A stretch of 64,000 nucleotides of DNA from Takakia lepidozioides (GCA_030704615.1 CM060734.1:15438001-15502000); one strand, 5' to 3'; numbered from the stretch's first letter, positions 1 through 13,300 are shown. Numbers and translations are program-made. Notes: a model not told the origin generated them from the letters alone.

Positions 1-2087
1 TCCAGCCAACCGATCGAAGAGGTCATCGATCCTTGGCAAAGGGTACCGGTTTTGGATAGTCACCTTATTCAGAGCCCTGTAATCGACACACATCCGCATC
101 GTCCCATCCTTCTTGTCTGCGAATAGCACTGGGGCTCCGTAAGGTGACTTACTCGGCCGGATGTACCCCTTTGACATTAGATCCTTGAGCTGAGTCTTCA
201 GCTCGACCAACTCCCTGTGGCTCAACCGGTAGGGTGCCTTAGCAGGCGATTCCGTTCCCAGTATCACCTCAATCTTGTGGTCAACTCCTCTTCGCGGTGG
301 CAAGCCGCTTGGTAAATCCTCCGGCATCACATCATGGTATTTCTCCAAAATCCCCTTGATCCAATCTGGGCTCGGCTCCCCATCGCCTTCTCCCTTCACT
401 TCTCTAATGTAAAGCAAAAACTGGGGCTCGTGTGCCTCCTCCACGGCCCACTCCCTTGCTGACAGAAGGTTTATTCGCCCTCCCACGGATTTGGGCGTTT
501 CCGACACTCGTAAGGCCTCGCTACCATTCCCACAAGGCAGCGTGACTACTCTCTTGCGGCCATCTATGACCGCTCCGGATTTGCTCAAAAAGGTCATCCC
601 CAAAATGAGATCTACTCCATCGATCTCGCAGATGGTGAAGTTCTCACGTCCCTCCCAACTCCCCAGTTGAAGAGGAACATCAAACGCCAACCTTGTCGTC
701 AACTGTGGTTCTCCTTTGGCAGAACGCACCTCAATAGAGGCCCCCACGTCACTTGTTGGGAGTCCCAACTTTTGCGCCGCCGCCGGCGTCATGAAGGAGT
801 GCGATGCTTCTGTGTCCACCAACAACGACACGTTAGTTCCGGATATTATCCCATCCACAAACAATAACTGACTCCCTTTACGCAGGGCGCCAGTTTCCTG
901 ATACAACTCACAAGAATAGTTGCCTACCTTGCAAGTCCTGGCGACCCCCGCTTCCACCAAGCGACTGATGGTATCTTCCGATAGCTCCGTGGTTGCCCGA
1001 GTCATGTTCATTGTCGAGGTTTCGTGCACTTCTTGGCCATGTGCCCGGGCTCCCCGCAATTGAAACACACTCCATCAAAGGTCGCCTTCTGTCCGCCATA
1101 AGCCGCTCCACCCGCTTTTCCTTTCAAAGCACCAGGTGCTGCCTTGATGTGTAAAGGCCCTCCCTTCGATTTCCACATGCCATTGTTGCCGCGTGGCCTA
1201 TCCCACTTCTTTTCCGGTCGGAAGGAGTCACCTCTCCGCCGGGTCTTCTTGTGGTTCAGCTCCGTACGGCCTTGTCTCTCACCCCTAGGGACATCCGAGA
1301 AACATTCAGCCCTCTCAATTGCCTCGTTCAAAGTCTTGGGTGGCTTCTCCTCCAACTTCCGCTTGGCCCATGGGGCCAGTCCCGCCACAAAGTTGAAGAC
1401 CATTTCTGGTTCTGCCATGTCCGCGACTTCGAGCAACAGCACATTGAAAGCCTGGACATACCCCCGAATGTCATCTGTTTGCTTCAAATTCCTCATCTTG
1501 TCCCGGGCAAGCCAGGACGCGTTGAGGGGCACAAACTGTCTCTTCATCAATTCCTTGAACCCACTCCAGATCAAGGTTTCCGGGCTTGGACCTCGGTCGT
1601 GAAGGCGTTTCTGCCACCATTGTTGAGCATAGCCCCTCAAATAGGTGGGAGCCACTTCCACCCGATCCTCGCCACTCAACTTGGCCGCCCGGAAGTACTG
1701 CTCTAGCTCCAGGAGCCAAGTGTTGAGTGCCTTCCGATTTTGGACGCCCTTGAAGGTGCCGGGTTCCTTAGGCTTCACCTTAAACTTTGCCTTAGTGGAA
1801 GTGGCATTAGCCGCCTTCAACACGTCTTTCAACGTCCCGCCAAACTGTGCCAACAACCCTTCCCAAAAGGCTGCCGGCATGGGATGCATCTCTTGGTTTG
1901 TCGGAGCTCTCAAGGATTCCTCGGGCTCCGACTCCTCGGATTCCTCCCGCTCTTGAGCGGCCTCGTTTTCGGAAACATTCATCGCTTCCTCAAACGGCCG
2001 CCTCGGTGACACGTCGCCCCCATCGGGCTCACCAGGATCATCATCTTTTGGGCCGTTCCGCTTTCGCTTCGGCTTGCCCGACCCCAT
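1..2087 (-). CDS. gag-pol of copy A (gag, aspartic protease, start of RT); 1-bp deletion near 1010; partial
   Basis: ORF 1008..2141 (first ATG 2087); protease LVDTEASH and [10 protein letters not shown] downstream; B and C read KPRQLNMTR across the site where A stops. Confidence 0.9.
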
Positions 2088-2712
2088 GATGAGGCCAATC
2101 CCAAGAACGATCGCGTACTGAACTCTAAGCTCTGATACCAAGTGTCGCGCACCTCACTTCGGTAAGCTCCCCCTCAAGTCATAGTTAATCGCTTTGATGC
2201 GCGCGCCTGACTCCCAACCTGGCCGTCGGGCCAACTTGGAGCTTCGGCTGCTCACCGGGGCATAACGGTCCCCCTTTGTTCTCCCAAAGAACCCTCCACC
2301 GATTTGGAACCAGCGGAATTCCCTTTGGTAGTTGGCAGTCCGGAACAGCTCCCCACTCTTTGGTCGCTTTCCGGCTCACTCGCTTACTCACTAGTTTTTG
2401 GTCACCAACGGGCTTGCACCGTTCTCGGGGTTACTACTCCCCTATATATACTTCTGTAGCTGTCCGCGGGGGTTTCACAACCAGCCATGCCATTTTATGG
2501 CAAACCACCACGAAAACCCTCGACTCCCGGTGATGAGTCGCGGTGAGTCTTGGCCCACTCACCACGGCCCCTATGGACCGTGATGAGTCCCAAGACTCCC
2601 CACGACTCCCACCACGAGGTCTCCACCCCCATGGTGAGTCCTATGCCACCCCCACTAAGTCCCGCTAAGCTACCACCACCCCTTGTGGAGCCACCCCCAC
2701 CGCAACCCGGTG
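1..2712 (-). mobile_element. Ty3/gypsy chromovirus copy A: part of its upstream (shared) LTR, PBS, gag-PR-RT start; runs off the window start
   Basis: LTR end ...GCGCGACA at 2143 (minus), PBS TGGTATCAGAGC at 2140-2129, gag with [14 protein letters not shown] zinc knuckle; near-identical to copies B and C. Confidence 0.95.
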
Positions 2713-3441
2713 TGTCGCGGCCCTTTGCCTTGAGGGCAGGGGGTCGGGACACATGAGGGGCTGCCCCTGTGGTGGGGGCAGCTGCAGCGATAGGTATTGG
2801 GGGGGTGAAGCTCCCTTGAGTGCCCAAGGCACTCAAGGAGGCGGAGGCGCTCACTAGGTGGAGCCCCGCACACCGGGTTGTGGTGGGGGTGGCTCCACAA
2901 GGGGTGGTGGTAGCTTAGCGGGACTTAGTGGGGGTGGCATAGGACTCACCATGGGGGCGGAGACCTCGTGGTGGAGTCGTGGGGAGTCTTGGGACTCATC
3001 ACGGTCCATAGGGGCCATGGTGAGTGGGCCAAGACTCACCGCGACTCATCACCGGGAGTCGAGGGTTTTCGTGGTGGTTCGCCATAAAATGGCATGGCTG
3101 GTTGTGAAACCCCCGCGGACAGCTACAGAAGTATATATAAGGGGAGTAGTAACCCCGAGAACGGTGCAAGCCCATTGGTGACCAAAAACGAGTGAGTAAG
3201 CGAGCGAGCCGGAAAGCGACCAAAGAGTGGGGAGTTGTTCCGGACTGCCATCTATCAAAGGGAATTCCGCTAGGCCCAAAGAGGTGGAGGGTTTAGTGGG
3301 AGAGCGAAGGGGGGACCGTTATGTCCCGGTGAGCAGCCGAAGCTCCAAGTTGGTCCGACGGCCAGGTTGGGAGTCAGGCGCGCGCATCAAAGCGAGTAAC
3401 TATGACTTGAAGGGGAGCTTACCGAAGTGAGGTGCGCGACA
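2713..3441 (+). repeat. 5' LTR of copy B (729 bp)
   Basis: TG...CA ends with 7-bp inverted repeat; TATA-like TATATATAA at ~3132; 11-bp hairpin CCTTGAGTGCC-caa-GGCACTCAAGG at 2814-2838. Confidence 0.95.
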
Positions 3442-3443
3442 CT

Positions 3444-3455
3444 TGGTATCAGAGC
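3444..3455 (+). promoter_or_regulatory. Primer binding site, initiator tRNA-Met
   Basis: TGGTATCAGAGC 2 nt after the LTR end; equivalent sites at 2129-2140 and 15892-15903 on minus. Confidence 0.93.
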
Positions 3456-3496
3456 TTAGAGTTCAGTACGCGATCATCCTTGGGATTGGCCTCATC

Positions 3497-6400
3497 ATGG
3501 GGTCAGGCAAGCCAAAGCGAAAGCGGAACGGCCCAAAAGATGATGATCCTTGTGAGCCCGATGGGGGCGACGTGTCACCGAAGCGGCCATTTGAGGAAGC
3601 GACGCAGGTTTCTGAAAAGGAGGCCGCTCAAGAGCGGGAGGAATCCGAGGAGTCGGAGCCCGAGGAATCCCTGAGAGCTCCGACAGACCAACAGATGCCT
3701 CCCATGCCGGCAATTTTTTGGGAAGGGTTGTTGGCTCAGTTTGGCGGGACGTTGAAAGACGTGTTGAAGGCGGCTAATGCCACTTCCGCTAAGGCAAAGT
3801 TTAAGGTGAAGCCTAAGGAACCCGACACCTTTGAGGGCGTCCGAAATCGGAAGGCACTCAACACCTGGCTCTTGGAGCTAGAGCAGTACTTCCGGGCGGC
3901 CAAGTTGAGTGACGAGGATCGGGTGGAAGTGGCTCCCACCTATTTGAGGGGCTATGCTCAACAATGGTGGCAGAAACGCCTTCACGACCGAGGTCCAAGT
4001 CCGGAAACCTTGAACTGGAGTGGGTTCAAGGAATTGATGAAGCGACAGTTTGTGCCCCTCAACGCGTCCTGGCTTTCCCGGGACAAGATGAGGAATTTGA
4101 AGCAAACAGATGACATTCGGGGGTATGTCCAGGCTTTCAATGTGCTGTTGCTCGAAGTCGCGGACAGAACCAGAAATGGTCTTCAACTTTGTGGCGGGAT
4201 TGGCCCCATGGGCCAGGCGGAAGTTGGAGGAGAAGCCACCCAAGACTTTGAACGAGGCAATTGAGATGGCTGAATGTTTCTCGGATGTCCCTAGGGGTGA
4301 GAGACAAGGTCGTACGGAGCTGAACCACAAGAAGACCCGGCGAGAAGGTGACTCCTTCCGACCGGAAAAGAAGTGGGATAGGCCACGCGGCAACAATGGC
4401 ACGTGGAAATCGAAGGGAGGGCCTTCACACGTCCAGGCGACACCCGGTGCTTCGAAAGGAAAAGCGGGTGGAGCGGCTTATGGCGGACAGAAGGTGACCT
4501 TTGATGGAGTGTGTTTCAATTGCGGAGAGCCTGGGCACATGGCCAAGAAGTGCACAAAACCCCGACAATTGAACATGACTCGGGCAACCACGGAGCTGTC
4601 GGAAGATACCATCAGTCGCTTGGTGGAAGCGGTGGTCGCCAGGACTTGCAAGGTAGGCAAATATTCTTGTGAGTTGTATCAAGAAACTGGCGCATTACGT
4701 AAAGGGAGTCAGTTATTGTTCGTGGATGGGATAATATCCGGAACTAACGTGTCATTGTTGGTGGACACAGGAGCGTCACACTCCTTCATGACACCGGCAA
4801 CGGCACAAAAGCTGGGACTCCCGACAACTTACGTAAGGGCCTCTATTGAGGTGCGTTCTGCCAAAGGAGAACCGCAATTGGCAACGAGGTTGGCGTTCGA
4901 TGTTCCTCTTCAACTGGGGAGTTGGGAGGGACGTGAGAACTTCACCGTCTGTGAGATCGATGGAGTGGATCTCATTTTGGGGATGACCTTTTTGAGCAAA
5001 TCCGGCGCGGTCATAGATGGCCGCAAGAGGGTGGTCACGCTGCCATGTGGGAATGGTGGCGAGGTCTTACGAGTTTCGGAAACGCCCAAACTCGTGGGAG
5101 GGCGAATAAACCTTCTGTCAGCAAAGGAGTGGGCCGTGGAGGAGGCACATGAGCCCCAGTTTTTGCTTTACATTAGAGAAGTGAAGGGAGAAGGCGATGG
5201 AGAGCCGAGCCCAGATTGGATCAAGGGGATTTGGAGAAATACCATGATGTGATGCCGGAGGATTTGCCAAGCGGCTTGCCACCGCGAAGAGGAGTTGACC
5301 ACAAGATTGAGGTGATACCGGGATTGGAACCGCCTGCCAAGGCGCCCTACCGGTTGAGCCACAGAGAGTTGGTCGAGCTGAAGACTCAGCTCAAGGATCT
5401 AATGTCAAAGGGGTACATCCGGCCGAGTAACTCACCTTACGGAGCCCCGGTGCTATTTGCAGACAAGAAGGATGGGACGCTGCGGATGTGTGTCGATTAC
5501 AGGCTCTGAATAAGGTGACTATCAAAAACCGGTACCCTTTGCCAAGGATGGACGACCTCTTCGATCGGTTGGCAGGAGCGAAGTATTTCAGCCGGATCGA
5601 CTTGCGCTCCGGCTATCATCAAATTCGGGTGGCGGAAGGAGATGAGGAGAAGACCGCGTGCAGGACAAGGTATGGTTCATATGAGTTCTTGGTGATGCCT
5701 TTTGGGCTCACCAATGCACTAGCGACATTTAGCACGCTGATGAACAGCCTTTTCCAGGAGTGGTTGGATGACTTTGTGATCGTGTACATCGACGACATCT
5801 TGGTGTACTCAAAAACAAAGGAGGAGCACCTGGAGCACCTGAAAAGGGTGTTCCAAAAATTGCGAGAAGGGAAGCTGTACGCCAAAGCTTCAAAGTGCGA
5901 ATTCGGGGTCACAAAAGTGGAGTTCCTGGGGCATGTGATTACACAGGATGGGATCAAAATGGATGACAGAAAGGTGAGGGCGATCTTGGACTGGGTGCCT
6001 CTGACTTCGGTCCCGGGAGTGCGATCCTTCCTAGGACTCGCCTCCTATTACCGGAAGTATGTGAGAAATTTCGCCAAAATCGCGGGGCCGCTGTCAGACC
6101 TTCTGTGTAAATCTAAAGTCTGGGCATGGAACACCTTTTGTGGCCAAGCTTTTGCTGAATTGAAGCAGCGGATGGCGGAAGCTCCAGTCTTGAAAATCCC
6201 GGAGTTCGATCGTCCGTTCGAGATACATACAGATGCGTCGGACTTCGCGATTGGGGGTGTACTGATGCAAGATGGACGTCCAGTGGCTTACGAAAGTAAG
6301 AAACTGAATGAAGTGGAGCGACGGTGGCCGATGCACGAGAAAGAGATGAAGGCGGTGGTGCACTGTCTTGAGCTTTGGCGCCACTATGTTGGTTCCAACC

Positions 6401-8096
6401 CAGTGAAGGTGTTCACGGACAATGTCACGGTGAAGTATTTTGCCACGCAGCCCAAGTTGTCCCCAAAACAACTTAGGTGGCAAGATACTTTAGCGGTGTT
6501 CGACGTGGATATCCAGTACAAAACCGGGACGAGACAACGTGGTGGCCGATGCTTTAAGTAGAAAGCCAGCAGCTCTTTGTTGGTGTACAAGGGCGAGACG
6601 GCGCTCCAAAAGGAAGATCCGGAAGGCTTGCCGGAAGGATGAGCTGGCGAAGTCCGTGATGCAGGACTTGAGATGGGGGGTTAAATCGCAGTTCCACTTG
6701 CAAAAGGACTCCTCAATAAAGCAAAAAGCATCTCTACGTGCGAGGGAGGGATCAGAGATAGCCTCTTGAGAGAATGCCATGATAGCCCGCTTGCGGGCCA
6801 CGGCGGAGCCAAGCGCACTGCGACACTCTCTTGAAGAAAAGAGTAATTTCTGGCCCAAACTGAGGGAGGAGGCAGAGGAGTATGTCAAGACATGCACCAC
6901 ATGCCAACAAAACCGGAGCGAGTACAAAAGCAAGCGGGTTGTTACAACCCTTGCCGATTCCAGAGGGACTTGGGAAAGCGTCTCGATGGATTTTCATGAC
7001 TGCTATGCTGCTGTCAAAAGGATTCGATGCAATCATGGTGGTGGTGGATAGGTTTCAATAAAATGGGCCATTTCATCCCCCCAGGAGACGGCAACGGCGC
7101 AGGAGACAGGGCGACTTTACTTCGCCCCCACGTCTTAAAACATCATGGAGTCCCGAAGGATATTGTCTCGGACCCCGATCCAAAGTTTACGAGTAAATTT
7201 TGGAGGGCATTTGGAAGAAGATGGGGACAAGGCTGAAGATGAGCACCGCCTTCCGACCTACGACCGACGGCCAACAGAAAGAGTGAATTCCGTAGTGAAG
7301 CAGATCTTGCGGAATTACGTGTCGGCAGACCAAACAGACTGGGTGGAACACTTAGACGCGGCAAGTTCTGTTATAATAACACAGAACACTCCGCAACGGA
7401 GTTTCCCCTTTCGTATTGGTCTATGGAAAAGCACCTCTGGTGCCGACAAGTTGGGCCGCCCAGGACGTTGAGGAACCGGTAGTAGCGGCGGTACTACTGG
7501 AAAAACGGAGCGTTTGTTGTTGAAGCTCGCAAAGTACAACATTGCCAAAGCTAGGAAACGGTATGAAAGGCAGGCGAATCGGAAACGGAGGGAAGTGAAG
7601 TTTGAGGCAGGCACAGAGGTCTGGTTGAACATCAAGAATTTCCGACTACCCTCCAGAAGTGAGTTCCAAAGTTCATACGTATGCAGGACCCTTTCGCATT
7701 CGGAAGGTTATGAATGAGGATGTGTATGAATTGGAGCTACCGGCAAACAGCAAGGTGCACCCAGTATTCCATGTCTCCCTTTTGAAGCCTTACTTCAAAG
7801 ATGAAGGCGTCGAATCGGCATCAAGTGTTGCGTCCGCCACCCCTATGCTGTTGGATCATGCAAATGAACTTGAGTACGAGGTGGAGGCAATACTTAAGTC
7901 GAGGAGGTTCAAGAACCGAGAAACGGAGTATCTCGTCAAATGGAAGGGCTATCATCATGTGGAGGCATCTTGGGTGCATGCCTCAGAAATGGGAAACGCA
8001 TCCGAGGCGGTTGCAGCTTTCGAAGGGCGACCTCAAAGCAGAAGAAGCGTTGATAGGACATCAACCTTGGAGCATGGGGAGGAAATGCATGCTTAG
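3497..8096 (+). CDS. gag-pol polyprotein of copy B (gag, PR, RT, RNase H, integrase, chromodomain) with several frameshifts
   Basis: CCHC knuckle; LVDTGASH; VYIDDIL; TDASDFAIG; integrase CTTC and core; GPF motif; chromodomain [10 protein letters not shown]...YLVKWKGY...SW. Confidence 0.93.
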
Positions 8097-8944
8097 CCCG
8101 CTTAGCTAGCTTAGGAATCCGATGCAAAAACTTGTATTGTAACAAAAATTTGTTATAAAGGAAATGGTTCCAATTCTGTGCGTCCTATTTTGTTTGGAAT
8201 GGTGATGCATGGTGGGTCGGCTAGTGTGTAGATGCATGCTAGCTTACAAAAGTGGGAGAGGTAAATTGGGTTAATCGTGTGTTTGCGTAGTGCCGAAATC
8301 GGGTGACCCCCATTCGAGGCAAGGAAACTTGCGCCTTCTTTGGAGTTCACGTGCTAGTGCGCACCTGGCGCGTGCGCGTACTATAACGCTACCGAGGGGG
8401 GGGTTGCCTTGTAGTGCGGGCTAACGCGGAAGCCACGTGCTTCCGTTCACGTACTATAATCGTGTAGCCTCGGACGAAGTCGTAGTGCGGCTTCGGCGTG
8501 TTCCCGTACCTCAGGCCAGCATTCCAAGGCGGACCCAATTGTAGTGATTGGGCGCACGGTTGGTTCGAGGTTATCTTCCTAGTCAAAGAGGGTTCCAGGT
8601 GAATCCTTGCTCAAGGTGATGCCAAAAGCGGCATCATGAGCGGTCGCAAGCAATGTTGTTGCAGTAAGGCGATCGATCCTCGGGGAGGATCGTTCCTTGG
8701 CCTTGAAGTAGGCCAAGAAGAGTGCACTGGGAGGAGCTGGAGAGGCTCCACCCTTGGCCGGGACTTGGAGGAAGTCGGCCGAACTAGCTAGTGGAGAGTA
8801 GAGTCAAGTGTGGGGTTTGGTTCTTTGCCATCGGACGCCATGGTGCGGAAACAAACTCCTTGATGTGGGACGCCACAACTTGGATGTTCGTTTCTACAAC
8901 AATGGACAAGTCGATGAGGTCGACTCCCTGTTGGTAGGGGTGTG

Positions 8945-10300
8945 TGTCGCGGCCCTTTGCCTTGAGGGCAAGGGGTCGGGACACATGAGGGGCTGCCCCT
9001 GTGGTGGGGGCAGCGGCAGCGATAGGTATCGGTGGGCTGAAGCACCCTTGAGTGCCCAAGGCACTCAAGGAGGCGGAGGTGCTCACTAGGTGGAGTCCCG
9101 CACACCGGGTTGCGGTGGGGGTGGCTCCACAAGGGGTGGTGGTAGCTTAGCGGGACTTAGTGGGGGTGGCATAGGACTCACCATGGGGGCGGAGACCTCG
9201 TGGTGGGAGTCGTGGGGAGTCTTGGGACTCATCACGGTCCATAGGGGCCATGGTGAGTGGGCCAAGACTCACCGCGACTCATCACCGGGAGTCGAGGGTT
9301 TTCGTGGTGGTTCGCCATAAAATGGCATGGCTGGTTGTGAAACCCCCGCGGACAGCTACAGAAGTATATATAAGGGGAGTAGTGACCCCCGAGAACGGTG
9401 CAAGCCCGTTGGTGACCAAAAACTAGTGAGTAAGCGAGCGAGCCCGGAAAGCACCAAAGAGTGGGGAGCTGTTCCGGACTGCCATTGTCGCAGCCCTTTG
9501 CCTTGAGGGCAGGGGGTCAGGACACATGAGGGGCTGCCCCTATGATGGGGGCAGCGGCAGCGGTAGGTATGGGGGGCTGAAGCACCCTTGAGTGCCCATG
9601 GCACTCAAGGAGGCGGAGGCGCTCACTACGTGGAGCCCCGCACACCGGGTTGCGGTGGGGGTGGCTCCACAAGGGTGGTGGTAGCTTAGCGGACTTAGTG
9701 GGGGTGGCATAGGACTCACCATGGGGGCGGAGACCTCGTGGTGGGAGTCGTGGGGAGTCTTGGGACTCATCACGGTCCATAGGGCCGTGATGAGTGGGCC
9801 AAGACTCACCGCGACTCATCACCGGGAGTCGAGGGTTTTTCGTGGTGGTTCGCCATAAAATGGCATGGCTGGTAGTGAAACCCCCGCGGACAGCTATAGA
9901 AGTATATATAGGGAGTAGTAATCCCGAGAACAGTGCAAGCCCGTTGGTGACCAAAAACTAGTGAGTGAGCGAGCGTGCCGGAAAGCGACCAAAGAGTGGG
10001 GAGCTGTTCCGGACTGCCATCTACCAAAGGGAATTCCACTAGGCCCAAATAGGTGGAGGGTTTAGTGGGGGAGCGAAGGGGACCGTTATGTCCCGGTGAG
10101 CAGCCAAAGCTCCAAGTTGGCCCGGCGGCCAGGTTGGGAGTCAGCGCGCGCATCAAGCGAGTAACTATGACTTGAAGGAGAGCTTACCGAAGTGAGGTGC
10201 GCGATACCAAGATGGCCTAGCGGCCAGGTTGGGAGTCAGGCGCGCGCATCAAAGCGAGTAACTATGACTTGAAGGGGAGCTTACCGAAGTGAGGTGCGCG
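8945..10300 (+). repeat. Compound 3' LTR of B: partial LTR 8945-9485, complete extra LTR 9486-10206, LTR tail 10207-10300
   Basis: New LTR start TGTCGCAGCCCTTTG at 9486; the end motif GAAGTGAGGTGCGCG occurs twice (~10190 and ~10290). Confidence 0.85.
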
Positions 10301-13300
10301 TGTGCGGGCTCCACCTACTGAGTGCCTTGGCACTCAAGGGTGCTTCAGCCCCCCATACCTATCGCACCCACAGGGGCAGCCCCTCATGTGTCCCGACCCC
10401 TGCCCTCAAGGCAAAGGGCCCGACACTCACCCCTACCAACAGGACGATGTCCTCATCGACTTGTCCATTTTGTAGACGAACATCCAAGTTGTGGCGTCCC
10501 ACATCAAGGAGTTTGTTTCCGTACCATGGCGTCCCATGGCAAAAACCAACCCCACACTTGATTCTACTCTCCACTAGCTAGTTCGGCCGACTTCCTCCAA
10601 GTCCCGGCCAAGGGTGGAGCCTCTCAACTCCTCCAGTGCACTCTTCTTGGCCTACTTCAAGGCCAAGGAACGATCCTCCCCGAGGATCAAATCGCCTTAC
10701 TGCAACAACATTGCTTGCGACCGCTCATGATGTCGCTTTTGGCATCACCTTGAGCAAGGGTTCACTTGGAACCCTCTTTGACTACTAGGAAGATAACCTT
10801 AAACCAACCGTGCGCCCCCAATCACTACAATTGGTCCGCCTTGGAATGCTGGCCTGAGGTACGGGAACACGTCGAAGCCGCACTACGACTTCATCCAGGC
10901 TACACGATTATAGTACGTGAACGGAAGCACGTAGCTTCCGCGTTGGCCCGCACTACAAGGCAACCCCCTCGGTAGCGCAGTTATAGTATGCGCACGCGCC
11001 AGGTGCGCACTAGCACGTGAACTCCCAAAGAAGGCGCAAGTTTCCTTGCCCCTTGGATGGGGTCACCTGATTTCGGCACTACGCAAACACACGATTAACC
11101 CGATTTACCTCTCCCACTTTTATAAGCTAGCATGCATTCTACACACTAGCCAACCATACCATGCATCACCATTCCAAACAAAATAGGACGCACAACATTT
11201 AGAAGCCATTTCATTTATAGCACGTTTTGTACAATACAAGTTTTTGCAATCGGATTCCTAAGCTAGCTAAGCCGGGCTAAGCATGCATTTCCTCCCCCAC
11301 GCTCCAAGGTTGATGTCCCCATCAACGCTTCTTTCCTTTTGAGGTCGCCCTTCGAAAGCTGCAACCGCCTCGGATGCGTTTCCCATTTCTGAGGCACGCA
11401 CCCAAGATGCCTCCACATGATGATAGCCCTTCCATTTGACGAGATACTCCGTTTCTCGGTTCCTGAACCTCCTCGACTTAAGTATTGCCTCACCTCGTAC
11501 TCAGGTTCATTTTCATGATCCAACAGCATAGGTGGCGGACGCAACACTTGATGCCGATTCGGACGCGCTTCATCTTTGAAATAAGGCTTCAAAAGGGAGA
11601 CATGGAATACTGGGTGGACCTTGCTGTTTTCTGGCAGCTCCAATTCGTACACACATCCTCATTCATAACCTTCCGAATGCGAAAGGGTCCCGCATACGGA
11701 GGTACGAACTTCGGACTCACTTCCGGAGGTAGTCGGAAATTCTTGATGTTTCAACCAGACCTCCGTGCCTGCCTCAAACTTCACTTCCCTCCGCTTCCGA
11801 TTCACCTGCCTTTCATACCGTTTCCTAGCTTTGGCAATGTTGTACTTTGCGAGCTTCAACAAACGCTCGCGTTCTTCTAGTACCGCCGTTACTGCCGGTT
11901 CCTCAACGTCCTGGGCGGCCCAACTTGTCGGCACCAGAGGTGCTTTTCCATAGACCAATACGAAAGGGGAAACTCCCGTTGCGGAGTGTTCTGTGTTATT
12001 ATAACAGAACTCTACCGCGTCTAAGTGTTCCACCCAGTCTGTTTGGTCTGCCGACACGTAATTCCGCAAGATCTGCTTCACTACGGAATTCACTCTTTCT
12101 GTTTGGCCGTCGGTCGTAGGTCGGAAGGCGGTGCTCATCTTCAGCCTCGTCCCCATCTTCTTCCAAAGTGTCCTCCAAAATTTACTGTAAACTTTGGATC
12201 GCGGTCCGAGACAATATCCTTCGGGACTCCATGATGCTTTAAGACGTGGGCGAAGTAAAGTCGCCCTCTCCTGCGCCGTTGCCGTCTCCTTGGTGGGGAT
12301 GAAATGGCCCATTTTACTGAACCTATCCACCACCACCATGATTGCATCGAATCCTTTTGACAGCGGCATAGCAGTCATGAAATCCATCGAGACGCTTTCC
12401 AAGTCATCTCTGGAATCGGCAAGGGTTGGCCCCCCGCTTGCTTTTTGTACTCGCTCCGGTTTTGTTGGCATGTGGTGCATGTCTTGACATACTCCTCTGC
12501 CTCCTCCCTCAGTTTGGGCCAGAAATACTCTTTCTTCAAGAGTGCCGCAGTGCGCTTGGCTCCGCCGTGGCCCGCAAGCAGGCTATCATGGCATTCTCTC
12601 AAGAGGCTATCTCTGATCCCTCCCTTGGTACGTAGAGACGCTTTTGCTTATACCGGAGCAGTCCATTTTGCAAGTGGAACTGCGATTTAACCCCCATCCT
12701 CAAGTCCTGCATCACGGACTTCGCCAGCTCATCCTTCCGGCAAGCCTTTCGGATCTTCCTTTGGAGCGCCGTCTCGCCCTTGTACACCAACAAGAGCTGC
12801 TGCTTTCTCTACTTAAAGCATCGGCCACCACGTTGTCTCGTCCCGGTTTTGTACTGGATATCCACGTCGAACACCGCCAAAGTATCTTGCCACCTAAGCT
12901 ATTTTGGGGACAACTTGGCTGCGTAGCAAAATACTTCACCGTGACATTGTCCGTGAACACCTTCACTGGGTTGGAACCAACATAGTGGCGCCAAAGCTCA
13001 AGACAGTGCACCACCGCCTTCATCTCTTTCTCGTGCGTCGGCCACCGTCGCTCCACTTCATTCAGTTTCTTACTTTCGTAAGCCACTGGACGTCCATCTT
13101 GCATCAGTACACCCCCAATTGCGAAGTCCGACGCATCTGTATGTATCTCGAACGGACGATCGAACTCCGGGATTTTCAAGACTGGAGCTTCCGCCATCCG
13201 CTGCTTCAATTCAGCAAAAGCTTGGCCACAAAAGGTGTTCCATGCCCAGACTTTAGATTTACACAGAAGGTCGGACAGCGGACCCGCGATTTTGGCGAAA

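Larger units (their letters stand above)
2713..10300 (+). mobile_element. Ty3/gypsy chromovirus copy B (Galadriel-like), full length, inserted in opposite orientation into the LTR shared by A and C
   Basis: 5' LTR 2713-3441 (TGTCGCG...CGCGACA), PBS 3444-3455, gag-pol, PPT 8933-8940, 3' LTR from 8945; interrupted host LTR resumes at 10301. Lineage call is from RT/RNase H motif resemblance only. Confidence 0.93.

Noticed and set aside
1005-1015. Programmed gag/pol stop or frameshift in copy A
   Set aside because: B and C are in frame here; A simply lacks one base
2505-2620. Hammerhead ribozyme (retrozyme-like) in the LTR, suggested by TGATGAGTC...GACTC and CGAAA
   Set aside because: Core reads GTGATGA rather than CTGATGA in nearly all copies, and GAAA is not placed after a stem II
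2185-3430. Short ORFs inside LTRs and antisense to gag-pol
   Set aside because: GC-rich shadow ORFs with frames not conserved between copies
6540-7700. Frameshifts as evidence of ancient decay or recoding
   Set aside because: Dense single-base losses with few substitutions in otherwise very similar copies look like consensus errors; cannot be settled without reads
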